DNA of 64,000 bases, from NCBI GenBank assembly GCA_009914755.4, contig CP068257.2, positions 7,456,001 through 7,520,000 of the forward strand, read 5' to 3'. A model generated the notes under the pieces. It was not told the DNA's origin, did not search any database, and was given only the letters and a program-made list of their open reading frames with translations. The stretch comes from the human T2T-CHM13v2.0 reference genome, Homo sapiens. This document shows positions 29,330 to 44,000 of the stretch, in pieces. Positions within the stretch are counted from its first letter, which is position 1. Every line of letters starts with the position of its first letter. The position numbers and the translations under genes were made by a program.

Positions 29330-29790
29330 TTGAGGTCCTGCTACTAGTTATTCTGTCTCTGTAATAGTTGGATGGCTGGATCATATGGTCATTTTATTTT
29401 ATTTTTTTTGAGGAGCCAGTTCATATTTCCACCAACAGTGTTCAAGGGTTACAGTTTCACCTGCGCTTGTTACTTTCTGTTGGGTTTGAAGTGATGTCCC
29501 ATTGTGGTTTCTTTTTGCATTTCTCTAATGACTAGTGATGTTACACATCTTCTCATATATCTCATGTATCTGTTGGCTATTTGTATATCATCTTTGCATC
29601 TTTGGATAAATGTTGTTTGTCCATTTTTTAATCATTTTATTTTGTTGTTGGGTTGTAGCGGGGTTTTTGTCATGATCATTCATTTATCTCACAGTTCATT
29701 CTCATTACTTGGGCCAGGGTCATGATGGTTCATTATCTCTCAGTTCATCCTCATTACGTTGGGCAAACAGTCATGCTGCAGGGTATAGAT
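29330..29790 (-). mobile_element. Old L1 3'-end fragment (minus)
   Basis: Reverse complement of the L1 3' region: ggctggatcatatggtcatttt...ttccaccaacagtgttcaagggtt...tgcatttctctaatgactagtgatgtt... Confidence 0.6.
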
Positions 29791-30739
29791 TATGTTATTC
29801 TGTTACTTTCAGGTAGAATTGGGGTCTAGGTTATAATTGTTTCTAAGTTTAGATTCTGAATGAGAATCAGCAGAGGTAGACCACCACTGCTGGGGCCTGG
29901 GGATTGCTGGGAAAAAGGCAGGAAACAAATACAGACCTGACCATGGAGGGTTTGTGTTTCATGGCTCCCATCTGGGTACCCAAGGAACCTACACGTAGCT
30001 CGTGTGTGGAGAGCCTACATTGCCCACTCAAAGCAATTGAGGATGGAACAGTCTTGGGGCTGGAGCTCATTATTTGGAATGATAACCACATCTGCACAGA
30101 GAGGACCTGATAAGATGTTGTCCTTCCATGTATATCTGGGAATCCTGTGTAGGGTCTCTCTGTAAGGACAGGAGCAGTGTTGGCTCCTTGGCCTCTAGTT
30201 AGCCTCACGAGTAGTCTAGTAAAGGCTTTGCCAACTTGTCACCATCTGTGGATATTCTGGCCAGCTCTTGTTTTCACCCTACTGACTTCTTCAGACACTA
30301 GGCTTTTGCTTCAGACCATTCATGGTTTTTCTTCCTCTTCAAATCAGTAATCAATAAATCCTCTTCAAATCAATAAATTTCCACTCCTTTAGGAAACTCT
30401 GATCTTCTGGTCATGCCAAGGTTTAATTAACTGGTTTAATTGTTTTTCTGTTTTCTTGGTTTCTTTTTCCTTCTTCCTGGGGGTTTCTAGTAATTTTAGT
30501 TTGATGTCTCACTTTCTCCATTTTTTATTTCTTAGTTTTCTTCTGTGATTATTTTCACTGCAGCTGCAGGGCCTAATCCTGGGTTGGCAGATAACTAGCA
30601 CTTACTCTGCCCTAATTGGAATCCGGGAGAGATAGGAGGTGCTCTAGTGTGAAAATGTGTTTGCTCCTCTCTGCTTCTGGTAGTCTCTCTGTAGGAGTAC
30701 TTTACGTATTCTGAATGTTCACTTCTTATGAGATACATG

Positions 30740-30990
30740 ATGTGCAACTATAGGTTGAATGTCTCTGATCCAAAAATCTGAAATCCCAAATGCTCCAAAG
30801 TCTGAAACTTTTTGAGTGCCAACATGACACTCAAAGGAAATGCTTATTGGAGCATCGCAGACTCAGGTGTTTGAATTCGAGATGCTCAACCAGTAAGAAT
30901 AATGCAAATATTACAAAATCTGAAACACATCCCAAGCATTTCAAATAAGGGACACTCAACTGGTATTTTCTTTTATTCTACAGTTTGCCT
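30740..30990. mobile_element. Possible Tigger-type DNA-transposon fragment
   Basis: aaatctgaaatcccaaatgctccaaagtctgaaactttttgagtgccaacatgacactcaaaggaaatgc resembles a common human DNA-transposon terminal sequence. Recalled from memory only. Confidence 0.25.
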
Positions 30991-31199
30991 TTTACCCTGT
31001 TGGTTGTGACCTTTGTGGTACAGAAGTTTTTAGGTTTGATATATTTTTGCTTTTACTGCCTGAGCTTTTAATGTCATATCCTAAAAATTATTGACAAATT
31101 CATCATCATAAAGCATTTTCCAAATTTGTTTTCCCTAGGAGTTTGATAGTTCTAGTTTTACTTTTGGGTTTATAATTCACTTTGAATTAATTTTAACGT

Positions 31200-32062
<863 letters not shown>

Positions 32063-32080
32063 AAATGTCATTCTTTTTAA

Positions 32081-32446
<366 letters not shown>

Positions 32447-32449
32447 TCT

Positions 32450-33480
32450 CTTTTTAAAATTTTATTTGCAGATTGTTCATTGTTAGTTTATGGAAATGCA
32501 ACTGACTTGTGTGTGTTACTGTATCCTGAAACTTTGTTGAATTTCATTATTTTACCAATATTTTGGGAATTTCAGGATTTTTACCCATTACATCCTGTTG
32601 TCTGTGAACAAAATTTTGTACTTTTTCCTTTCCAATTTGCATCATTTTTATTACTTTCTCTTGACTCATTATTCTGAGTAGAAATTCCAGTACTGTGATG
32701 AATAGACGTGGCAGGAAGAGATGTTGCTATCTTATTCCTGATCCTAGAGGAAAAGATTTTAGTCTTTCACCATTGAGTATGATGTTAGCTGTGAGCTTTT
32801 CATGTATAATCTTTATTTACTGAGGAGTTTCCATATATTACTAATTCTTTGAGTGTTTTTATTACAAAAGGTGTTCATCTGGCTCTGGAACCAGATAAAT
32901 GTTGACCTGATAGAATGGATTGGAATGTTCCCTTCTGGTTTTTGAACATTTTTGGAATATTTTGCAGAGGATTGGCGTTAATTCTTCTTGAAATGTTTGG
33001 TAAAATTTTCCAGTGAAGTTATCTGGACCTGGAATTTTCTTTTTGGTGGGGTTTTTGATTACTGGTTGAATCTTCTTACTAGTTACAAGTCTCTTTGGAT
33101 TTTTTATTTCTCCGTGATGCAGTATGGTGGTTTGTGTTTCTAGGAATTTATAAATTTATTCTAGGTTGCCCAGTTTTGTGGCATATGGTTGCTCACATTA
33201 GTCTCTTGTAATCTTTTTCATTTCTGTGGCATCTGTTGTACTGTCACCTATTTTATTCATGATTTTAGTATTTGAGATTTCTCTTTTTTTCTTAATATAG
33301 CTGTGAGTTTTAAACTTTTTATTGATCTTTAAAAAAACAAACTCATTGTTTTTTTTCCTTTTTTTTCTGGTCTTATTCTGCTTATCTCTGCTCTAATCTG
33401 TTATTTTCTTCCTTTTGCTTGGTTTGTCATTAGTTTTTTTTTCCCCCCTTCAGGTGTAATGTTAGGTTATTGATTTGAGA
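32450..33480 (-). mobile_element. Old L1 ORF2-region fragment (minus)
   Basis: Reverse-complemented L1 ORF2 motifs (...gaaattccagtactgtgatgaatag...ctgatcctagaggaaaag...ttcaccattgagtatgatgttagctgtg...). Confidence 0.6.
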
Positions 33481-33655
33481 TCTTTCTTCTTTTTAATTTA
33501 AGCACCTGCAGCTATAAGCTTCCCTTTAGCAAGGGTTTGAGATATTTCTTCTTTTTAATTTAAGCATCTGCAGCTGTAAGCTTCCCTTTAGCATGGGTTT
33601 GAGATCTTTCTTCTTTTTAATTTAAGCATCTGCAGCTGTAAGCTTCCCTTTAGCA
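33477..33655. repeat. 62-bp tandem repeat, 3 copies
   Basis: gagatctttcttctttttaatttaagcatctgcagctgtaagcttccctttagcatgggttt three times. Confidence 0.9.
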
Positions 33656-33842
33656 CTGCCTTTGTTGCCTCCTCCTGAGTTTGGGTATGTCATGGTTTCG
33701 TTTTCATTTGCTTAAACATTTTTTGTCCTATTGTAATATAATTGTGTTGTTTTTAATAAAGGTAATTAATGAAACACATAATGAATTGTGCTTCTGTTTT
33801 AATAATATTTTAAGCATTCTTAACTCAGAAATGTAAATTTTA

Positions 33843-34184
<342 letters not shown>

Positions 34185-34336
34185 TTATTTGTATTTCAAT
34201 TTAGAAACTATGATCTCCTAAGTGTATTGACACAGCAACCTGACATAAAGATAAAGAATAATAAGCATATAACAAAATGGAAACTTGCAAATACCTGTTT
34301 TTTATTAATTTTTAATTATATATATTTAAAAATTGC

Positions 34337-34627
34337 CAGGTGCAGTGGCTTACACCTGTAATCCCAGCACTTTGGGAGGCTGAGGTGGGCAGATCACATG
34401 AGGTCAGGAGTTTGAGACCAGCCTGGCCAACATGGTGAAACTTCATCTCTATTAAAAATCAAAAAATTAGCCAGGCTTGATAGCATGCATCTGTAGTCCC
34501 AGCTACTCGGGAGACTGAGTCAGGAGAATTGCTTGAACATGGGAGGCGAGGTTGCAGTGAGCCAAGATAGTGCCACTGCACTCCAGCCTGGGTGACAGAG
34601 TGAGGCTCTGTCTCAAAAAAATAAAAA
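34337..34627 (+). mobile_element. Alu (plus)
   Basis: gccaggtgcagtggcttacacctgtaatcccagcactttgggaggctgagg ... through to tctcaaaaaaataaaaa. Confidence 0.9.
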
Positions 34628-34630
34628 TTG

Positions 34631-35282
<652 letters not shown>

Positions 35283-35407
35283 ATATATACATCTTAATGA
35301 GTATAGAGATAAATATTCGCCCCAGGACTCATCACAACAAATAATACCGTAAACTTGACCATCACCCCCCATATATTTCTCATTCTCACCCTTTTTAAAA
35401 AATGAGA

Positions 35408-35706
35408 CCGGGAGTGGTGGCTCACGCCTGTAATCCCAGCACTTTGGGAGGCCAAGGCAGGTGGATCACGAGGTCAGGAGATCAAGATCATCCTGGCTAA
35501 CACAGTGAAACCCCGTTTCTACTAAAAATACAGAAAATTAGCCAGGCGTGATGGCGGGCACCTGTAGTCCCAGCTACTCAGGAGACTGAGGCAGGATAAT
35601 GGTGTGAACTCGGGAGGCAGAGCTTGCAGTGAGCCGAGATCGTGCCACTGCACTCCAGCCTGGGCAACAGAGTATGACTCCGTCTCAAAAAAAAAAAAAA
35701 AAAAAT
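35408..35706 (+). mobile_element. Alu (plus) with A20
   Basis: ccgggagtggtggctcacgcctgtaatcccagcactttgggaggccaagg ... through to A20. Confidence 0.9.
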
Positions 35707-36006
35707 GAGATGACCATTTCACCTAAGATATACCCTCTTAAGTATTTTTTTAAGTGTACAATACAGGACGGCCATGCATCAGAGATATATGTGGGTTTGG
35801 TTCCAGACCACTGCAATAAAGTGTTATACAATTTCTTTTGGTTTCCCAGTGCATGTAAAAGTATGTTTATACTGTGCTGTATAAAGTGTGCAATAACATA
35901 TGTCTACAAAGTATGCACACTTTAATTTACAAATACTTTATTGTTAACAAGTGCTAACAGTCATCTGAGCCTTCAGAAAGCTGCAATCTTTTTGTGTGTG
36001 TGTGAC

Positions 36007-36256
36007 AGGGTTTTACTCTGTGGCTCAGGCTGGAGTAATTGCAGCCTCAACCTCATGCTCAATCAAACCCCCACCTCAGACTCCTGACTAGCTGGGACTA
36101 CAGGTGCATGCCACCGTGTCCAGCTAATTTTTGTATTTTTTTTTTTGTAGAGATGGGGTTTTGCTATGTTGCCTTGACGTCCTGGGCTCAAGCAATCCAC
36201 CCACCTTGGCCTCCCAAGGTGTTGGGATGACAGGTGTGAGCCACTGCACCTGGCCA
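36007..36256 (-). mobile_element. Alu (minus, older/truncated)
   Basis: gacagggttttactctgtggctcaggctggagtaattgcagcc ... through to ggtgtgagccactgcacctggcc. Confidence 0.8.
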
Positions 36257-36844
36257 AGTTTCAGTCTTCTTACTGATGGAGGGTCTTACGTTAATGTAAG
36301 GTGGTGGTTGCTGAGCGTTGGGGTGGCTGTGGCAATTTCTTAAAATAAGACAACGTTGAAGTTTGCTGTGTCAAGTGACTCTCCCTTTCACAAAAGAATT
36401 AACTGTAGCATACGATGATAGCTTTTTACCCACAGTAGAACTTTCAAAATTGAATTCAATGCTGTCAAACCTTCATACTGCTGTACCAACTAAGTTTATG
36501 TATTATCGTAAATCATTGGGCTCAATCCTGTCAAGCCTTCCTTCTGCTGTACCAAGTTTATTTTAAATCTGTTGTCATCTCAACATTGTTTACACTGTCT
36601 TCACCACGAGTAGATTTCATCTCAAGAAACCACTTTCTTTGCTCATCCGTGGAAGCAACTCATCCTCTCACGTTTTCTCCACAGGCTGCTGCAGTCTCGC
36701 CAGATCTTCAGGCTTTGTCTCTGATTCTAGTGCTCTTGTTATTTCCACCATATCTGCAGTTACTTCCTCCACAGAAGTCGTGAACCCCTGTGTCATCAGT
36801 GAGGGTTGGAATAATCTTCCCAACTTCTCTCTCTCTCTCTTTTA

Positions 36845-37127
<283 letters not shown>

Positions 37128-37987
37128 CAACTTCTCCTAATGTTGCTATTTTGATCTTCTTTTTTTTAAATCATGAATGTTCTCAATGGCATCTAGAATG
37201 GTGAATCCTTTCCAGTAGGTTTTCAATTATTTTGCCCAGATCCATCAAAGGAATCACTTTCTAGAGAAGCTATAGCTTTATGAAATATATTTTTTAAGTG
37301 ATAAGACTTGAAATTTGAAATTATTCTTTGATCCAAGGGCACCAGAATGAATGTTGGGTTAGTAGGCATGAAAACAATATTCAGCTCTTTATACATCTCT
37401 GTAAAAGCCCTTGAGTACCAGGGGCATTGTCAGTGAGTGGTAATACTTTGAAAGGAATCTTATTTCTTGAGCAGTAGTTGTCGACAGTGGGCTTAAGATA
37501 TTCAATAAACCATATTTGTAAACCGATAGTCTGTCATCCAGGCTTTCTTCCCATTTGTAGAGTACAGGCAGAGCTGTGTTTTATCATAATTCTTCAGGGC
37601 CCTTGGATTTTCAGAATAGTAAATCATCATTGGTTTCAAGTTAACATCACCAACTGCATTAGGCCTTAACAAAAGAGTCAGCATGTCCTTTGAATCCTTA
37701 AATCCAGGCATCAACTCCTCTCTAGCTGGGAACATCCTGGATGGCATCTCCTTCTAGTAGAAGGCTGTTTTGTCTCCACTGCAAATCTGTTTAGTGTAGC
37801 CATCTTAATCAATTATCTTCTAGATAGCTTTCTGCAGCTTTTCCATCAGTACTTGCTGCTTTATCTTGCGCTTTTATGTTATGGAGATGACTTTTTTCCT
37901 TAAACCTCAAGAAACAAGCTCTTCTAGCTTCAGACTTTTCTTCTGCAGCTGCCTCACCTCTCTAAGTCTTCATAGAATTGAAGGGAG

Positions 37988-38290
<303 letters not shown>

Positions 38291-39286
38291 TAAAAAGAGA
38301 GTTAGGCTTAGGCTTAATGGAATTTTTTTTTTGTTTTTTTATCTTCTATCTAGACCAATTAAACTTTCTCCATAACAGCAGCAAGATTGTTTAGCTTTTT
38401 ATCATTCATGTATTCACTGGAGTAGTACTTTAAATTTCTTTCCAGAACACTTCCTTTGCATTCACAACTTGGCTAAGTGTTTGTTGCATGAGGTCTAGCT
38501 ACTGGCCTGTCTTGCTTACAGCATGCCTTAATCACTAAGCTTAATTATTTCTTCCTTTTGGTTTAAAGTGACAGACATGCAACTCTTCTTTCACTTGAAC
38601 ATACAGAGGCTATTGTAGGGTTATTAATTGGCCACATTTTAATATTAATTAAAAGAAGCCTGAGAAAAAGAGAGAGAAAGAGAAATGGCCCATTGGTGGG
38701 GCAGTCAGAACAAACGTATTTGTCAATTGTTTGCTTTCTTATCCTGGTGTGATTTGTGGTTCCCAAAACAATGACAACAGTAGCATTAAAGATCACTGAT
38801 TACAGATCACTATAACAGATTCAATAATAAAAAGCTTAAAATACTGTGAGAATGACCGAAATGTGACACAGAGACGTGAAGTGAGCACGTGCTGTAGGAA
38901 CAATGGTGCCAGTCAGACCTGCTTATTGCAGGGTGGCCACAAACCTTCAATATGTAAAACACATGGTCACAAAACACAATAAAGCAAAGTGCAATGAAAC
39001 AAGATATGTCTGTGTTTTGATAGACTCTGACAATCTCTATCTTTGAATTGGTACATTCATACCATTAGCATTCAAAGTGATTATTGATATCATTGGATTA
39101 ATATCTACTATATTTGTTACTGTTTTCTATTCATTCTCCTCAGTCTCCATTCTTTTGTCTACCACTCTTTTTCTGCCTTTTGCAGTTTTCATTGATGATT
39201 TTAGATGACTACATTTTCCCTGTCTTTCTTAGCATGTCCTTCTCTTTTTAAAACTTTTTTTTAAGTAGTTGCCACAGAATTTGCAA

Positions 39287-39580
39287 TATACATTTACAAC
39301 CAATTCAAGTCCACTTTCAAATAACACTATCCCACTATCCCACGAATAAGACTACCTGCTTAACAAACAAAACACCTAATTCCTCAGTAACATTTACAAC
39401 AAATTCAAGTCCACTTTCAAATAACACTATCCCACTATCCCACAAATAAGACTACCTGCTTAACAAAGAACACACCTAATTCCTCAATATACATTTACAA
39501 GCAATTCAAGTCCACTTTCAGATAACACTATCCCACTTCATGGGTGACTACCTGCTTAACAAAGAAAACACCTGATTCCT
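39287..39580. repeat. Tandem repeat of about 100 bp, 3 copies
   Basis: acatttacaaccaattcaagtccactttcaaataacactatcccactatcccac...ctgcttaacaaa...cacctaattcctca repeated three times. Confidence 0.85.
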
Positions 39581-39895
39581 CCCTCCCATCCTTCCATTCC
39601 ATTCCTTGTATTATTGTTCCTTATTTCACTTGTGTATAAGCACACATAATCTATCTGTGCGTATTTATTATTATCTACAAACTTATTGGTCAGATCAATT
39701 ATGAATAAATACATGTTTTTATTGTACCACAATTCCTCCCTCCCATCCTTCCATTCCATTCCTTGTATTAGTGTCACTCATTTCAATTGTGTATAAGCAT
39801 ACATAATCTATCTGTGTGTATTTGTTATTGTCTATGAACTTCTTGGTCAGATCAATTAAGAATAAATACATAGGTTTTTATTGTACCACAATTCT
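39571..39895. repeat. Tandem duplication of about 158 bp, 2 copies
   Basis: cctccctcccatccttccattccattccttgtatt...gtgtataagcacacataatctatctgtg...ggtcagatcaatta...ttttattgtaccacaattc twice. Confidence 0.85.
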
Positions 39896-39899
39896 TTAA

Positions 39900-40830
39900 T
39901 GCTCTTTTTAAAAAAATGTTGATCCAGGTTTCAGTTATATATCTTTTGTTTCCCTCTAAAGAATTTCATTTAACATTTCTTGCAAGACAGGTCTCCTGGC
40001 AACAAGTTTCTTGAATTTGTATTTTTCTGAGGAAGGCCTTAATTCTCCTTCACTTTTGAAGGGTGGTTTCAGTGGGTACAGAAACTTAGGTTGGTGGGTT
40101 TTTTTCTGTCAACATTTTGAATTTTTCATTTCACTGTCTTCTTGCTTTCACAGTTTCTGCAATGTTGAATGCAGTTCTTATCTTTGTGTCTCTGTAGGTA
40201 AGGTGTTTTCTGCCCCACCTCTGGTTTCTTTCAGAGTTTTCCTTTATCTTTTATTTCATATAGTTTGAAAATTATATGTCCAAGTGTAGGTTGTTGGCAT
40301 TTATTCTGCCTGGTGGTCTCTGAGCTTCCTGGATCTTTGGTTTGGTGTCTGACATTAATACTGGAAGTTCTCAGACATGGTTGTTGCAGAACTTTCTTCT
40401 ATTTTTTCTCCTCCTGGTATTCTCATTACTCTGTTGCACCTTTTGTAGTTGTCCCACAGTCTTGGATATCATCTTCTGTTCTTTTTAGTGTTTCTTTTCT
40501 TTAGTTTTTGAAGTTTCTGATGATAAATCCTCAAGCTCAGAGATTCTTTACTCAGCTGAGTCCAGTCTACTAATAAGCCATCAGAGGTATTCTTCAGTTA
40601 TTTACCACATTTTTTACCACTACATTATGTTGAAGGTTCTTACGATGTCTGTCTTTCTGATTACATTACCCATCTACACTTGAATGCTGTCTACTTCATT
40701 CATTAGACCCTTAGCATATTCTCCAGAGGTTTAAAAAAAATTCCAAAATCATATCTTTGTCTGCTTCTGAAGCTTGCTCTGTTGACACAAATTGTATTTT
40801 TTTCTTTTTTTGGATTTTAGTATGCCTTGC
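39900..40830 (-). mobile_element. Old L1 ORF2-region fragment (minus)
   Basis: Reverse-complemented L1 motifs (...ttcagtgggtacagaaa...tttgaatttttcatttcactg...ggtgttttctgccc...). Confidence 0.5.
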
Positions 40831-40934
40831 AATTTTTTCCCTTTATTCTCATGCATGAAGCACCCACTAAAGGTGACTGCTGTTAGTATAGCTTTAGTAA
40901 TGCGGTGATGAGGTGACAGGGCAGGTGATGCTCT

Positions 40935-41062
40935 CTTAATCTCTTTAGGCTACTATAACAAAATACTTTAGACTGAGTAATTCATAAACAACAGAGATTA
41001 TTGCTCACAGATCTGGAGGCTGGAAAGTCCAAGACTAAAGGGGCAGAATATTTAGTGTTTGG
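40935..41062 (-). mobile_element. MaLR-type LTR fragment (3' end, reverse-complemented) abutting the start of the 48-bp array
   Basis: ctactataacaaaatactttagactgagtaattcataaacaacagagattattgctcacagatctggaggctggaaagtccaagactaaag matches the conserved ...ctgctgtaacaaa...aacaacagaaatttatt...cacagttctggaggctggaagtccaag... LTR end. Confidence 0.55.
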
Positions 41063-41064
41063 TG

Positions 41065-44000
41065 AAGGTCAAACATTCAGACACTCGCAACGACTATAGT
41101 GACAGCAGCAGTCTTCAGGAATCCTATGTGAGGGAAAAACATTCAGACCACAGCAGGAGTGCTCGGGAATCCTATGTGAGGGACAAACATTCAGACCCCA
41201 GCAGTAGTGTTGTGGAATCCTATGTGAGGGGAAAACTTTCAAACCCTTGTAGCAGTGTTCTGCAATCTTATGTGAGGGGCAAAAATTCAGAACCTTGTAG
41301 CAGTGTTCTGGAATCCTATATGAGGAACAATCAGACCACAGCAGGAATGTTCTGGAATCCTATGTGAGGGGCAAACATTCAGACCACAGCAGGAGTGTTC
41401 TGGAATCCTATGTGAGGGAAAAACATTCAGACCACAGCAGGAGTGCTCTGTAATCCTATGTGAGGGACAAACATTTCAAAACCTTGTAGAAGTGTGCTGG
41501 GATGTTATGTCAGGGACAGACATTTAGACCCTCGCAGCAGTGTTCTAGAATCCCATCTGCGGGACAAACATTCAGACACTCGCAGCAGTGTTCTGGAATT
41601 CTATGTGAGGGACAGACATTCAAACCCCAACAGCAGTGTTCTAGAATCCTATGTGAGGGACAGACGTTCAGACCCCAGCAGCAGTGTTCTGGAATCCTAT
41701 GTGAGGTACAAACATTCAGACACCAGCAGAAGTGTTCTGGAATCCTATGTGAGGGACAAACATTCAGACCCTCGTAGCACTGTTCAGGAATCCTATGTGA
41801 GGGACAAACATTCAGACCCTCCTAGCAGTGTTCTGGAATCTTATGTGAGGGACAAACATTCAAACCACAGCAGCAGTGTTCTGGAATCCTACGTGAAGGA
41901 CAAACTTTCAGACCACAGCAGGAGAGTTCTGGAATCCTATGTGAGGGACAAACTTTCAGACCAAAGCAGGAGTGTTCTTAAATCCTATATGAAGGACAAA
42001 CATTCAGACCCCAGGAACACTGTTCTGAAATCCTATGATAAGGGCAAACATTCAGACCCCAACATGAATGTTCTGGAATCCTATGTGAGGGACAAGCATT
42101 AAGACCATAGCAGGAGTATTCTGGAATCCTATGTGAGGGACAAACATTCAGACCCTTGTAGAAGTGTTCTGGAATCCTATGTGATTAAAAAAACATTGAG
42201 ACCACAGCAGGAGTGCTCTGGAATCCTATGTGAGGGACAAACATTCAGACCCCAGAAGGAGTGTTCTGGAATCCTATGTAAAGGACAAACATTCAGACCC
42301 TCGTAGCAGTGTTCTGGAATCCTATGTGAGGGAAAAACATTCAGAACCTCGTAGCAGTGTTCTGGAATCGTATGTGAGGGACAAACATTCAGACCCTCCC
42401 AGCAGTCTTCTGGAATTCTATGTGAGGGACAGACATTCAAACCCCAGCAGCAGGGTTCTGGAATCCGATGTGAGGGACAGACATTCAGACCCCAGCAGCA
42501 GTCTTCTGGAATCCTATGTGAGGGACAAACTTTCAAACACTCATAGCAGTGTTCTGGAATCCTATGTGAGGTACAAACATTCAGACCCTCATAGCAGTGT
42601 TCTGGAATCCTATGTGAGGTACAAACATTCAGACCCTCATAGCAGTGTTCTGGAATACTATGTGAGGGACAACCATTCAGACCATGGCAGTTCTGAAATG
42701 CTATGTGAAGGACAAACATTCACACCCTCGTAGCAGTGTTCTGGAATCCTATGTGAAGGACAGACATTTAGACCCTCGAAGCAGTGTTCTGCAGTCTTAA
42801 GTGAGGAACAAAAATTCAGACCCTCGTAACAGTGTTCTGGAATCCTTTTTTGAGGGACAGACATTGAGACCCCAGCAGCAGTGGTCTGGAATACCATGTG
42901 AGGGACAAACATTCACACCCCAGCAACACTGTTCTGTAATCGTATGTGAGGGACAAGCATTCAGACCCCAGCAGCAGTGTTCTGGAATCTTATGTGAGGG
43001 ACAAACATTGAGACCCTCGTAGCAGTGTTCTGGAATCCTACGTGAGACACAAACATTCGTACCACAGCAGAAGTGTTCCGGAATCTTATGTGAGGGACAA
43101 CCATTCAGATCACAGCAGGAGTGTTCTGGAATCCTTTGTGAGGGACAACCATTCAGACCACAGCAGGAGTGTTCTGGAATCCTATGTGAGGGACAAATAT
43201 TCAGACCTCAGCAGGAGGGTTCTGGAATCCTGTGTGAGGGACCAACATTCAGACCCTCGTAGCAGTGTTCTGGAATGCTATGTGAAAGACAACCATTCAG
43301 ACTCTCATAGCAATGTTCTGGAATCCTATGTCAGGGACATTCAGACCCCAGCCGCAGTGTTCTGGAATCCTATGTGACAGACAAACATTCAGACCACAGC
43401 AGGATCGTTCTGGAATCCTATGTGACAGAAAAACGTTCAGACCATAGCAGTAGTGTTCTGCAATCCAATGTGAGGGACAAACATTCAGAGCCCAGCAGCA
43501 GTGTTCAGGAATCCTATGTGAGGGACCAACAATCAGACCCTCGTAGCAGAGTTCTGAAATCCTATGTGAGGGACAAACATTCAGAACCCAGCTGCAGTGT
43601 TCTGGAATCCTATGTGACAGAAAAACATTCCGACCACAGCAGCAGTGTTCTGGAATCCTATGTACGGTACAAACTTTCAGACCACAGCAGGAGAGTTCTG
43701 GAATCCTATGTGAGGGACAAACTTTCAGACCCCAGGAGCAGTGTTCTGAAATCCTATGTTAAGGGCAAGCATTTACATCCCAGTGTGAATGTTCTCGAAT
43801 CCTAGGTAAGGGACAAACATTCAGACCACAGCAGGAGTGTTCTCGAATCCTATGTGAGGAACAAACATTCAGACCACAGAAGGAGTGTTCTGGAATACAA
43901 TGTGAGGGACATTCAGACCCTCTTAGCAGTGTTCTGGAGTCCTATGTGGTGAGCAAACTTTCAGACCACAGCAGGAATATTCTGGAATCCTATGTGAGGG